Shown: positions 18,553 to 27,994 of the stretch, piece after piece
Layout: each line of letters opens with the position of its first letter
How positions within the stretch are numbered: position 1 is the stretch's first letter
IMG/VR virus record: IMGVR_UViG_3300030060_008074
Location: 1-64,000 of that record
Source of the DNA: a virus
Length of the DNA stretch: 64,000 bases
Strand: one strand, 5' to 3'
Position numbers and translations under genes: made by a program
Notes under the pieces: model-generated
Seen by the model: the letters and a program-made list of their open reading frames with translations, nothing else
What the model was told of the DNA's origin: nothing
The model's database searches: none

Positions 18553-18731
18553 TTTCTTTGATATTTTTCTCTTTGGTCTATGAGTACGTACTCTACAGCA
18601 TCATATTCACCACAATGTGGACATCTAAGTTTTTCTAAATTACTTGCTTCATTTATTTTCCATTCACCACCACATTTCTTATTACTACATTTGTAAATAT
18701 ACGTATGTCTAATGAATACCTTGTGTCCCAC
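18543..18731 (-). CDS. Zinc-ribbon protein
   Basis: YKCSNKKC...W...CPHCG. Confidence 0.6.
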   Translation of the reverse strand: MGHKVFIRHTYIYKCSNKKCGGEWKINEASNLEKLRCPHCGEYDAVEYVLIDQREKYQRKWE

Positions 18732-18743
18732 TAAAATTCTCCG

Positions 18744-19226
18744 CTACCAGTTTTTACAGCTCCAGTATCTTGCTTTATGTCTTGGACCAGGACTATCGCA
18801 ATTATGTCTTGCTCTAAAACTTGCTCTTGCTCCTGGATCAGATCTTTTAATTCTATTCTTTTTACCTTTGGCTCCAAAGTTTACTTTAACAACATTCCCC
18901 TTTGGATTCTTAACATAAACCTTAAACTTACCAGTATCACCTCTTGTAGGCTTTCCAAGTTTTACCTTTCTTCCTTGATACTCTGCTTCAGTTATATTCT
19001 GCATTTGGTTTGTTAAGTATTCCATAAAACAATCATAGTCTTCTGTTTTAACTTCATATTCAGGAATTACTGATTCTGAGGCAGATCTGAAATTTTTATC
19101 AGATGGTGCCCCTTTTTCTCCCTTCTTTCTCATCCTTTTTCCAGATTTTCTTCTCTTATGTATATTGGCCCATAATCCAGGACCCTTTTCATTTAGATTT
19201 TCTAAAATTTTTCTTAGATTTATCAT
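18744..19226 (-). CDS. Basic multi-module viral protein with INLRKILE leader
   Basis: MINLRKILENLNE; GLWANIH module; EAEYQGRKVKL...VNFG...FRARHNC...ARYWSC module. Confidence 0.65.
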   Translation of the reverse strand: MINLRKILENLNEKGPGLWANIHKRRKSGKRMRKKGEKGAPSDKNFRSASESVIPEYEVKTEDYDCFMEYLTNQMQNITEAEYQGRKVKLGKPTRGDTGKFKVYVKNPKGNVVKVNFGAKGKKNRIKRSDPGARASFRARHNCDSPGPRHKARYWSCKNW

Positions 19227-19227
19227 G

Positions 19228-19845
19228 TTATCCCTCTAAATCTTCTGATTCTAATAATGTATATGAAAATGAATTACCATGAATTTCTCTAGCTGCTTGA
19301 CAAATATCTAAAAATTCATGCCAATCATCGTTATCTGCAATTACTTGGCAACCTGCTGACCATTTATCTACTCTTGTAGATTTTCCTCCTGACCTACCAG
19401 TAGCTCTATGGATGTTGATTCCTATAAGCTCTTCTCTTACTGACTCTTCTATTAAATCATATTTGCCGTCTAGGTTTGCATCTCTGTATATTTTCATAGG
19501 CTTCTTTTGGCCTAAAGCTAAATATTTTCCTTGATGAAGTCTTAATTTATGAGAGCCTCTGTACTGACCAGGTTTTAATATTGCAACACCTCTATCATTC
19601 AGTATATTTTCAACCCAGTGAGTTCCTGGATCGGTTGTACATGCATATTCATGATACATCCAATTGCCATCTTCATTTTTATATGAGATAGTTATTAGAT
19701 CGTCAAATGCATTTGTAACCCTGCCCTTTGTTTTTGAATTTCTAATTCCTATGATATTTACATCATAAGATTTATTGCTGTTGTCGTGAAAGTATTTGTA
19801 ACCTTTTTCTTCGACAGTTGATTGAATCTGTTCTCTTGTGTACAT
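19228..19845 (-). CDS. Putative peptidoglycan-active enzyme (L,D-transpeptidase/YkuD-like catalytic motif), lysin candidate
   Basis: GINIH-x16-SAGCQV resembles the H-x14-17-S-x-GC motif; TTDPG, PGQY. Confidence 0.55.
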   Translation of the reverse strand: MYTREQIQSTVEEKGYKYFHDNSNKSYDVNIIGIRNSKTKGRVTNAFDDLITISYKNEDGNWMYHEYACTTDPGTHWVENILNDRGVAILKPGQYRGSHKLRLHQGKYLALGQKKPMKIYRDANLDGKYDLIEESVREELIGINIHRATGRSGGKSTRVDKWSAGCQVIADNDDWHEFLDICQAAREIHGNSFSYTLLESEDLEG

Positions 19846-19886
19846 TTAATAGCTCTCCCTTTATCTTTCAAAGTGTATTATTCTTA

Positions 19887-19895
19887 TATAAATAT
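19887..19895 (-). promoter_or_regulatory. Class B promoter motif
   Basis: Minus strand TTTATATTTATATAAG upstream of GGGAGAG SD and ATG 19845. Confidence 0.5.
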
Positions 19896-19918
19896 AAAGT
19901 TTGAACTATAAAATATCA

Positions 19919-20098
19919 TCAAATGAGTGTTATATCTGCTTCGGAGAACCAATATATTCTTCCTCCTAAATCTGTGACCTTTATACCTTTAGAAGTAATC
20001 TCTTTAACTATTAACTTGTCGCCCTTATATATGGCTCCATTATGACCGTAATAATCTTTTTTTAGAATTGCGTACCTAAGATTTGTTGTGTTTTTCAT
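19919..20098 (-). CDS. Small SH3-like beta protein not in the ORF track (59 aa)
   Basis: Manual translation MKNTTNLRYAILKKDYYGHNGAIYKGDKLIVKEITSKGIKVTDLGGRIYWFSEADITLI*. Confidence 0.55.
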   Translation of the reverse strand: MKNTTNLRYAILKKDYYGHNGAIYKGDKLIVKEITSKGIKVTDLGGRIYWFSEADITLI

Positions 20099-20312
20099 AT
20101 TTTATACCCTCTATAGACATACTAATAGCTATTTCAGCAGCCTTTTCTCTGCTCTTAATACCATCCTTTATTACATTTTTAGCGTGCACTATTCTGTACT
20201 CAGAAGACTGTACTTTTCCCTTTCTATCTTTATTAAATTTTTGATATAGGTCAAAGTATTTAATCTTTGTTACATAATTTCCAAGGGTTTCTTTTTTTGT
20301 TTTTCTGGCCAT
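20076..20312 (-). CDS. Hypothetical basic protein
   Basis: 78-aa ORF; TATTTATA immediately upstream. Confidence 0.6.
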   Translation of the reverse strand: MARKTKKETLGNYVTKIKYFDLYQKFNKDRKGKVQSSEYRIVHAKNVIKDGIKSREKAAEIAISMSIEGIKYEKHNKS

Positions 20313-20445
20313 ATATATAAATATATCCTACTTTTGCCTACTACTATTTTTTTGCTGAGGATTTTCTTGCTTTTCCTTTCTTTTTCTTATTTTTTTCTTT
20401 TTTGGGTAGTCATCCATGTATTTGTCTAACCTTCTAATGTCTATC

Positions 20446-20682
20446 TTAGCCATTTTGCACCCTTACCTTTAACTTATCTATATTTTCTAAAAATTGTGAA
20501 ATATCTAATGATTGATTCTGATCAGTTTTTATTTGCATTTCTGTTAATTTATGAGGTTCTTTGTCTACAACGTTCATTAGCGCAGACAGTCCTTGGTCTG
20601 CCCAAAATACTCCAAAACCGTTGTCTGTTCCTATGAGTAATCTAGCCTCTGGTTGTGATTTATCTATTAAGTAGTAATCCAT
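20446..20682 (-). CDS. Hypothetical protein
   Basis: 78-aa ORF coupled to the epimerase. Confidence 0.6.
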   Translation of the reverse strand: MDYYLIDKSQPEARLLIGTDNGFGVFWADQGLSALMNVVDKEPHKLTEMQIKTDQNQSLDISQFLENIDKLKVRVQNG

Positions 20683-21566
20683 TTATGTATCCAATCTTTG
20701 AGTTCATTATTAGGCCTAAAATCTAAATCTAAATCAATCTTTGCAGTGCAAGCCAAAGTTTCTTTTGGTTCTATTACTCCTTCATTATATACTTTATCGC
20801 CACCAAACATACCTGCTATCTCGTTAACAGAATAATTTTTACCTGAACCTACGTTATAGCACTCACCATTTAATTTTGGCGTGTATTTAGCAGCAGCAAT
20901 ATTTGCTCTTACAACATCTTTCACGTGTATAAAATCTCTTCGCTGTTCTCCATCGTTATTTATTGTCAGTGGTAAACCTTTATTTTTCAAATCCTTAAAT
21001 ATTGGAAATAATAATCTGTATCCTCCTTCATTATTCATTCTATCACCATACACATTAAAGTACCTCAGGCAAACAGTATCTAAATCATACACTTCACTAA
21101 AAAGTTTACAATATTGTTCGCCAATAAGTTTGGTTAAAGCATATGGAGATACTGGCTTTTTTTCAGTTGATTCTGAAGTTGGAAGTTCAGTGGTTTCTCC
21201 ATAAACAGAACTTGAAGAACTAAAAACAAATCTTTTAACTCCAACACTAGAGCTAGCCCTAATAATATTTAGTAACCCTAAACAGTTTATTATTTCATAA
21301 ATTTCTGGGTTAACCAAAGATTCTTGAACTGCTGTTTTTGCTGCTAAATGAAAAACATATTCTGATCCTTCAATTATTGATTCTAGTCTTTGTGAAGCGG
21401 CTGATGATATGTCTAAATTGAAGTGGGTAGCTTTTGGATTTATATTTTCTACTTTGCCAGTAGACAAGTCGTCTATTATATAAACTTTATAGTCATAATC
21501 TACTAGTTTGTCTACTAAATTAGAACCTATAAACCCAGCACCACCAACAACCACAGCTTTTTTCAT
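20667..21566 (-). CDS. NAD-dependent sugar epimerase/dehydratase (UDP-Glc/GlcNAc 4-epimerase-like)
   Basis: GGAGFIG, SSSSVYG, YALTK (YxxxK), LRYFNVYG, RDFIHV. Confidence 0.9.
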   Translation of the reverse strand: MKKAVVVGGAGFIGSNLVDKLVDYDYKVYIIDDLSTGKVENINPKATHFNLDISSAASQRLESIIEGSEYVFHLAAKTAVQESLVNPEIYEIINCLGLLNIIRASSSVGVKRFVFSSSSSVYGETTELPTSESTEKKPVSPYALTKLIGEQYCKLFSEVYDLDTVCLRYFNVYGDRMNNEGGYRLLFPIFKDLKNKGLPLTINNDGEQRRDFIHVKDVVRANIAAAKYTPKLNGECYNVGSGKNYSVNEIAGMFGGDKVYNEGVIEPKETLACTAKIDLDLDFRPNNELKDWIHKWITT

Positions 21567-21748
21567 TACTTATTATCCGTTGTTTCCCAGTTATTTTCAA
21601 TATCAAAAATTATTTTGAAAATGTGCTCTAACTGAGGTTGAATAGCGTTTAGTACACCTTTGCTTTCTGCAGTTTCAGCTAGTGATTCTAATGCAGTTTT
21701 TACCTGTGTACTAATGATGTGCTTTCCATCTTTATCTATTTTTGCCAT
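21566..21748 (-). CDS. Hypothetical protein
   Basis: 60 aa with AAGGAG SD. Confidence 0.55.
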   Translation of the reverse strand: MAKIDKDGKHIISTQVKTALESLAETAESKGVLNAIQPQLEHIFKIIFDIENNWETTDNK

Positions 21749-21761
21749 CTTTTTTCTCCTT

Positions 21762-22958
21762 TTAATTAGTTATTAAATTATTTTCATATGTTTCCATATT
21801 TTTTATACTTACCTCTAAGGTACCTAAATTAAATGTACCTATATCTCCACTATCTGATATTATTTCAGATAACTTTTGAATGTAACCGAATTCGCTGTTT
21901 GCAAACCTACTTCCATCAACTCTTATCTCTACATTATTATTTACCTGGCTATGTATTCCATAGACTCTTTCTTTCATATCGAATTTTGTATTTTTTTGTT
22001 CACTTTCTATATAATAATCATAATCCATATCAACAAATATTTGGTCACACCACGGTTCTAGCGCATGTAATATTTGTGAAGTACAATTTTTAACTACAAT
22101 TCCAACTCCATATTTCTTAGGAACTATTGGTTTCAAAAACTTATCGTGTTTTACAAAGTGGCCCCATTTACGAATAAAGTTTCTAGAAGCCTTTTCATTT
22201 TGCGCCAACCATTCATCTGTTTCTCTGTTTTTCATAAATACTTTACCATCTGGATTTCTAACAGCTCCACCCGCAAATCTACTGCCTCTACACGTCATGT
22301 GGTATACACAACCTCCCCATGTTTGAACAAACTTAATACCATTCAAATGAAACCTATTAAATATATCTGAATCTTCTTTTGATTGAGGAGCATATAATTC
22401 ATCATGGCCTCCTATCTCCTGAAAATCCTTTTTATAGAATGCCCATGGAGCAAATATACCTTCAGTTATTTTAGTTAATTGATTTAATCGTATATCCTTA
22501 AACCAATCTAATAATTGTTGTTCTTTGAACTCTTCAGGCTCAATACCAAAATCCATTAACATCTTTTCTGGACCTGGTGGATGCAAAGGTGGTTCAATTC
22601 TTGTTAAAGAAACAATAGTTTTATCTTTCATTTTATGTTCTATCTGATCTATTGCTCCTGGCATTAAATACATATCAGCATGATATATCATACAAACATC
22701 GTGTTTTGCAACTTCATTTACTAGTTTATCATAAAGAATAGTATGGCCTAATCTTTGTTCACTAAAATTACATATTGCGTCAAAGTTTTCATCCTTTTCC
22801 ATCATCTCAAGACACCATTCCCATGTACCATCAGTAGAAGCATCTGAAGCAACGCATATCTGTACTTCATGGTCTCCTTGATTTTTTCTAATTGAATCAT
22901 AAGACCATTTTAGATACTTAAGATTATTTCTACTAGGTTGTATTAAACTAATTTTCAT
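21762..22958 (-). CDS. Glycosyltransferase family 2
   Basis: ISLIQPSRN, DASTDGT, HADM, IGGHD...EDSD. Confidence 0.85.
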   Translation of the reverse strand: MKISLIQPSRNNLKYLKWSYDSIRKNQGDHEVQICVASDASTDGTWEWCLEMMEKDENFDAICNFSEQRLGHTILYDKLVNEVAKHDVCMIYHADMYLMPGAIDQIEHKMKDKTIVSLTRIEPPLHPPGPEKMLMDFGIEPEEFKEQQLLDWFKDIRLNQLTKITEGIFAPWAFYKKDFQEIGGHDELYAPQSKEDSDIFNRFHLNGIKFVQTWGGCVYHMTCRGSRFAGGAVRNPDGKVFMKNRETDEWLAQNEKASRNFIRKWGHFVKHDKFLKPIVPKKYGVGIVVKNCTSQILHALEPWCDQIFVDMDYDYYIESEQKNTKFDMKERVYGIHSQVNNNVEIRVDGSRFANSEFGYIQKLSEIISDSGDIGTFNLGTLEVSIKNMETYENNLITN

Positions 22959-23824
22959 TGTAAATCCTCCTTTACTGATTCTATAACTTCCGCATAACTT
23001 TTTGCGTGAACCATCTGTGCACAGGAAAATAAAGGGAAGTAAGTTTCATAAACAGACCATTTTACCTCCATTCCTTTTACTGCATAAACTATGTTTTTTC
23101 CTCCAAAATAACTACAAAGAACTGAATTACCTCCCTGTACAGATATAAAATTAGAGCAATTTGCATAAAGATACATCTGTAGTTCATTGAATGATAATTG
23201 TGGAGCCATGCTCTGTAAGTCTTGTATCAAGGTCACTCTTCCCTTATATTTGTTTCCGATTAAATCAAAATCTCCAAAGTCCATTAGTGTGCTATGGTCT
23301 TCGACAATGTTTGAAGGTTTAGGCCTATTATATATTACCTTAAAGTTTGGAGACAACATCTCAAATATTTTATCTAAGGTTTCTAAATCAATAAAATTTA
23401 CCGGTCCACCATCCCATTCTGATTGATACTTATTAGATATTATATATAACGGCTTTTCAAATCTAAAAAAATTATTTTTGTAGTAGGCAGAATATGGAGG
23501 TGGAGTCCACTGATCATGCCAAAATAATTTATCTGGTAAATGGTCTAAGTCTTCGTGTAGATTTTTATCATGCGATAGAGTTTTCCAATGTAGGCCTACT
23601 GAGTGATTGTGCCTTTTAACTCTATATTTACCATCAACCTTCATTTCATAGCACATGTCTCTCTTCATATCTAATTCTTTATGTTTTTCTGAAAAGAAAT
23701 AAAATGGCTTAGTATCTTTAACGTTTATTGTTTCAAATTCTACTCCATTTATATACTGATGATAGGCAAACGGTGCTCCTAAAGTTAAATCGTATCCAAA
23801 TTCTCCTAACATTTCTATTTTCAT
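22955..23824 (-). CDS. Putative glycosyltransferase (uncharacterised)
   Basis: Context in the glycan island; GEFGYDL N-terminus and FISVQGGNS GT-B-like C-terminal motif. Confidence 0.45.
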   Translation of the reverse strand: MKIEMLGEFGYDLTLGAPFAYHQYINGVEFETINVKDTKPFYFFSEKHKELDMKRDMCYEMKVDGKYRVKRHNHSVGLHWKTLSHDKNLHEDLDHLPDKLFWHDQWTPPPYSAYYKNNFFRFEKPLYIISNKYQSEWDGGPVNFIDLETLDKIFEMLSPNFKVIYNRPKPSNIVEDHSTLMDFGDFDLIGNKYKGRVTLIQDLQSMAPQLSFNELQMYLYANCSNFISVQGGNSVLCSYFGGKNIVYAVKGMEVKWSVYETYFPLFSCAQMVHAKSYAEVIESVKEDLQ

Positions 23825-23826
23825 AA

Positions 23827-24927
23827 CTATTTTTTCTCTAACTTATTATACTTTGACCAAGCTGAACCTATTATCTGATGCATATCATAATATTTATATT
23901 CTGCTAGTCTTCCGCCAAAAATAACCTTTTCTTGTTGTTTTGATAACGTTTTATATTTACTATAAATATCATTATTGATTGTATTATTTACAGGATAGTA
24001 TGGAATTTTTTCCTTTGTAAACTCAACTGGATATTCATATGTTATTACAGTCTTTTCCTGTTTACCAAACTGAAAATGTTTGTGCTCGCATATTCTAGTA
24101 TATGGAACATCTTCAGAAGTATAATTTACAACAGCATTGCCTTGAAAATCTTTCTTATCTAATAACTTGCTATAAAATCTTAAAGTTTTATATTCTAGCT
24201 CTCCAAACCTGTAATCATAAAATTCATCTATCTTACCTGTAAACACAACCTTTTCTGCTAAATTGTCAAAGTAATCCTTATCACTGAAATAGTCTGTATT
24301 TAATTTTACCTCTATATCTCCTAACATTTTTTTCATCATTTTGGTATATCCTCCTATAGGAATTCCTTGATACTTATCATTAAAATAGTTATCATCAAAC
24401 GTTAATCTTATAGGAAGCCTTTTTATTATGGCTGAAGGTAAATCTTTTGGGTCCATCATCCACTGTTTTTTAGTGTATCCTTTAATGAAAGTCTCGTATA
24501 TTTCTTTACCAACTTGTGAAAGGGCCCATTCCTCCAAGTTTTTAGGATTATCTATTTTTTCTCTAGAAGACTCTATCTTTGCAATTGCGTCTTCAGGAGT
24601 CGTTACTCCCCATAACTGATATAAAGTCATCAAATTTATAGGAAAAGAGTAAATTTTTCCGTTGTAATTTACTTTTGGCCTGTTTACATAGTGATTGAAT
24701 TCAGCATATTCATTCACATAATCCCAAATCCTTTTATCACTGGTATGGAATATGTGAGGTCCATAAACATGTACGTCTATACCTTCTATGTCTTCAGTAT
24801 AACAGTTTCCTCCTATATGGTGTCTCTTATCTATTATTAGACATTTCTTACCATCAGCAATTGCCTTTTTTGCAAAAGTTATACCGAATAAACCGCAACC
24901 AACTATTAAATAATCATAATTTTTCAA
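23827..24927 (-). CDS. glf: UDP-galactopyranose mutase
   Basis: GCGLFG, HIGGNCY, YGPHIFHT, GYTKKQW, GRLAEYKYYDMH. Confidence 0.95.
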   Translation of the reverse strand: MKNYDYLIVGCGLFGITFAKKAIADGKKCLIIDKRHHIGGNCYTEDIEGIDVHVYGPHIFHTSDKRIWDYVNEYAEFNHYVNRPKVNYNGKIYSFPINLMTLYQLWGVTTPEDAIAKIESSREKIDNPKNLEEWALSQVGKEIYETFIKGYTKKQWMMDPKDLPSAIIKRLPIRLTFDDNYFNDKYQGIPIGGYTKMMKKMLGDIEVKLNTDYFSDKDYFDNLAEKVVFTGKIDEFYDYRFGELEYKTLRFYSKLLDKKDFQGNAVVNYTSEDVPYTRICEHKHFQFGKQEKTVITYEYPVEFTKEKIPYYPVNNTINNDIYSKYKTLSKQQEKVIFGGRLAEYKYYDMHQIIGSAWSKYNKLEKK

Positions 24928-25858
24928 CTATTTTTCTCCATTTTTGTAAAAAGGCTTTTTCTGTATAAGATTCTTGGTAAATCATCTTTGATACTTCTAC
25001 ATTCATATCATAAAAATCTTTATCTGTTTGTAATCTAGAAGCCAATTGCCTAGCAGAAAATACATCTCCTCTTTCAACACTTAAATCAGGAAACAAATCT
25101 CTCTGAGTATTTATATCGTTATATCCTATACAAGGAATTCCTAAGTATGCGCAATTCAATGGAAACTGGCCAGCTGAAGATTGATATGTCTGTATTCCAT
25201 ACTTACATTTAGATAGTTCAAGCATAAACTCGTACCAATCCATCCATGGCAAGTAATTTATTCCGTTTATTTCTTCTCCATCTTTATATTTTCCAGACTT
25301 AAATCCATACTTTGGTAAATCAAATTCATTTGATATTACCCAAGCGTCAAATCCTCTATAAGTAAGGTGCCAATTTCCTGCTACAAATACTCTATCTTCT
25401 TTTTTAGCAGTTTTTATATTGTCTTCTATCATTAAAGTAGGTAATACCATAGAAGTCTTATCAGTTATTCCTCTAAAATATTTTACGTCTGCATCGTTAT
25501 GGCATAATAATAAATCAGCCTCTAACAATTGATTATAGAACCACACCATTACTTCTACAGAATCCTCTTGCCAATCCCAGTGGCAGCTTTCCTGCATTAT
25601 TAGTACTTTATTACAATGTTTTCTAACGTTTGATATTAAAGGATAGTCAGCTTTAGCTAAATCTTGCCTATTTTTTTCTTTAGGAATAATTACTACTCCT
25701 ATATCATATGATGCATTTAACTTATCTAGAGTAAACACGCAATGGTGTGTTGCTCCTAATGCACACATCCACGCCTGATCTGTTCTCATTGGAACATCTC
25801 TAGGTATATTGCCTTCATAACCTCCTTCAGTAAAAAATGCTATACTATTCTTCGTCAT
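24914..25858 (-). CDS. Putative glycosyltransferase (GT-B fold)
   Basis: SAGQFPLNCAYLGIPCIG resembles the GT4 EA..G.P..; context. Confidence 0.55.
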   Translation of the reverse strand: MTKNSIAFFTEGGYEGNIPRDVPMRTDQAWMCALGATHHCVFTLDKLNASYDIGVVIIPKEKNRQDLAKADYPLISNVRKHCNKVLIMQESCHWDWQEDSVEVMVWFYNQLLEADLLLCHNDADVKYFRGITDKTSMVLPTLMIEDNIKTAKKEDRVFVAGNWHLTYRGFDAWVISNEFDLPKYGFKSGKYKDGEEINGINYLPWMDWYEFMLELSKCKYGIQTYQSSAGQFPLNCAYLGIPCIGYNDINTQRDLFPDLSVERGDVFSARQLASRLQTDKDFYDMNVEVSKMIYQESYTEKAFLQKWRKIVEKL

Positions 25859-26576
25859 ATTCTATTTCTCCTAACATTTCTTTTGATTTTGGTCCGTAAT
25901 TAAATAATAAATCTATGAAAGACATATGAGATTCGAATCCTTCATATCTTTGATTATATTTCGGGTGAGAAAATTTTTGAAAAACATAATTTATATTTTC
26001 ATTATCAAATTTATCTTTTTCAATGTATGTCTTTCCATCTTGTCCAAAAACAAATGTTCTAGCTCCAGCAGACTTACACATTTTAATAATTAAATCTGAT
26101 TTTTTACCTGAAATATCTTTTCCATTCTCTATAAGTTTTGAGGTTCTATAAATAGGAATGTTAATATCGAACTTTTTGAAAGCATATCTTATTATTTCTT
26201 CTGAAAAATCTATCAGATATTCATAATCTTTTGAGTATATTTCTTCTAGTTCTGAAAATATATCTTCAAAATACTCTGCCCTAGAATAGCACATTCTTAT
26301 AGAGTTTAATTGCTTTCTTTTCCAATTCTTAGAATTATCTATCCTAGCCTCAGGCCACATTAAAAGTTTACTCTTAGATTGTAATACTGGAGTACTAATC
26401 CATAACCATCCATCCTTTTTTCTTATTTTGTTTCTGCTATGCCAGTGCTCTTTCATGAATTGAACAGTATCTAATATATAATAAACGTCTCCCATTCTAG
26501 CTTTAGATATAAAACCTAGCCATGGAAAAAACTCTGGCTGATGTGCTACTAATATTGGCGATTTTATATTATCCAT
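25845..26576 (-). CDS. WbqC-family protein
   Basis: AHQPEFFPWLGF..K...D.VQF...W.SRN.I; Y.Q...F..HMS.IDLLFNYG. Confidence 0.9.
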   Translation of the reverse strand: MDNIKSPILVAHQPEFFPWLGFISKARMGDVYYILDTVQFMKEHWHSRNKIRKKDGWLWISTPVLQSKSKLLMWPEARIDNSKNWKRKQLNSIRMCYSRAEYFEDIFSELEEIYSKDYEYLIDFSEEIIRYAFKKFDINIPIYRTSKLIENGKDISGKKSDLIIKMCKSAGARTFVFGQDGKTYIEKDKFDNENINYVFQKFSHPKYNQRYEGFESHMSFIDLLFNYGPKSKEMLGEIEYDEE

Positions 26577-27366
26577 TTGGAAAAACTGATACCCATTCTA
26601 AATTATTTTTAATTGAATCTACCGTTGGACAATCAAAATTAACATCTTCTCCTAACCATATTGTTCCATTATATTTGTCATGTAAAGGAGTATATGGTAC
26701 CCTTTTTTGGTTCTGAGTAAAATACATTGCTCTAAGCCAAGAATTTGGTTGATTATCTCCAATAAATCTTAATCCTGTATTTCTTATTTCATCAACCCTT
26801 TCTTTTCTACTATTATATATTTTGTCTATATCTTGAAACATTACGTTTGTTTTGTGTATTGCAGTAGGATTATCGTGCCACTCTACATCATTACCATCAT
26901 AAGCAATTACTGCTCCGCCTTTTTCCTTGTCTACTCCAGAAGGTAACCACTTTGTTGGGCCTAATGAAGCTATAACTATGTCAGAATATTTACCTAATCC
27001 TTCTAAGCCTAAACACTGAGAACAGTCTTCAATAATCATGTATCCTTTTTCTTTTAAGTACTTTATTTGATTTTGGGCCTGTATACCAAACATGTGTGGA
27101 ACTATTACTGTGTCTACGTCCTTAAAATTTTCAACTAACTTTTCATCTATCTGTAAATCATGCGCGCAGTCAACTATTCTAGGTTTACAATTGGTGTTTA
27201 GTGTTGCCTCATATACTCTATGACATGTATAAGTTGGCATTGCCACACAATAAGAACCAAGTTGTTTAAGAGCCTTTTCAATAGCAGTTTTACCGTTTAC
27301 TAAATATGCAGCATTAGTTTTACCAAAGTAATTTGACCAATTGTTCTTAAAAAGTTTAGTCGCCAT
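26569..27366 (-). CDS. DegT/DnrJ-type PLP aminotransferase-like protein (short)
   Basis: NGKTAI, PTYTC, PHMFG, IIEDCSQ, SLGPTKWL..GG. Confidence 0.75.
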   Translation of the reverse strand: MATKLFKNNWSNYFGKTNAAYLVNGKTAIEKALKQLGSYCVAMPTYTCHRVYEATLNTNCKPRIVDCAHDLQIDEKLVENFKDVDTVIVPHMFGIQAQNQIKYLKEKGYMIIEDCSQCLGLEGLGKYSDIVIASLGPTKWLPSGVDKEKGGAVIAYDGNDVEWHDNPTAIHKTNVMFQDIDKIYNSRKERVDEIRNTGLRFIGDNQPNSWLRAMYFTQNQKRVPYTPLHDKYNGTIWLGEDVNFDCPTVDSIKNNLEWVSVFPNG

Positions 27367-27994
27367 TAGTTGTCCATTTCTTTATTTTGTATATATCATA
27401 ATATTCAGATTTATACTTTGCACAGTTTTCCATAACATATGCCATTCCAATATTCCAATGTTCACTGAGATAGTATCCTACCTTTGAATAAGATTGGTCC
27501 TTTTTTATATCATAACATTCTATAGCTTCAGTTTTTATTTTATACTGTTCTTTTGATAACTCTATAAAGTAGTTTGGTTCAAAATTAAGAGAGCTAGGAG
27601 AATAATAAGTAATAAATCTATCGCTTAGTTTGTACAAACCCATCATTATCTCGTTACATACCTGATGGTCTGTGTGTAAATCATTACTGTCATGAGAAAG
27701 TACTTCAAAGTTTCTACCAAAGTCTATCATATTGTATACAGAATCTTTTAGATCGTCCATTTCTGACCTCAATCTTGTAGAATTAAAATTATGATTTTTG
27801 TATATTAAAGGTCTGCATATTTCATCTTCTAACCGTCTTAAATTGTGCCTTGTTATAGGATTCTTGTAATCATTTTTTGTTGCAACATGCACGTATATAT
27901 TTTCATACTTTGAATGGTGTTTGAAAACATAACCGTAACAAGATATTTCAAAATCATCTAAATGCGCGCATAGTATATGTAAGTCTTTATCCAT
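27356..27994 (-). CDS. PIG-L/LmbE-family deacetylase (start revised)
   Basis: CAHLDDFE and DLHTDH zinc motifs. Confidence 0.75.
   Translation of the reverse strand: MDKDLHILCAHLDDFEISCYGYVFKHHSKYENIYVHVATKNDYKNPITRHNLRRLEDEICRPLIYKNHNFNSTRLRSEMDDLKDSVYNMIDFGRNFEVLSHDSNDLHTDHQVCNEIMMGLYKLSDRFITYYSPSSLNFEPNYFIELSKEQYKIKTEAIECYDIKKDQSYSKVGYYLSEHWNIGMAYVMENCAKYKSEYYDIYKIKKWTTNGD

Noticed and set aside
16591-19226. Eukaryotic giant-virus origin suggested by DUF5824-like modules and GT29
   Set aside because: SD sequences, overlapping operonic genes, bacterial tRNA-Ala, GroES/EL, M23 peptidase and T9SS-type tails indicate a bacteriophage
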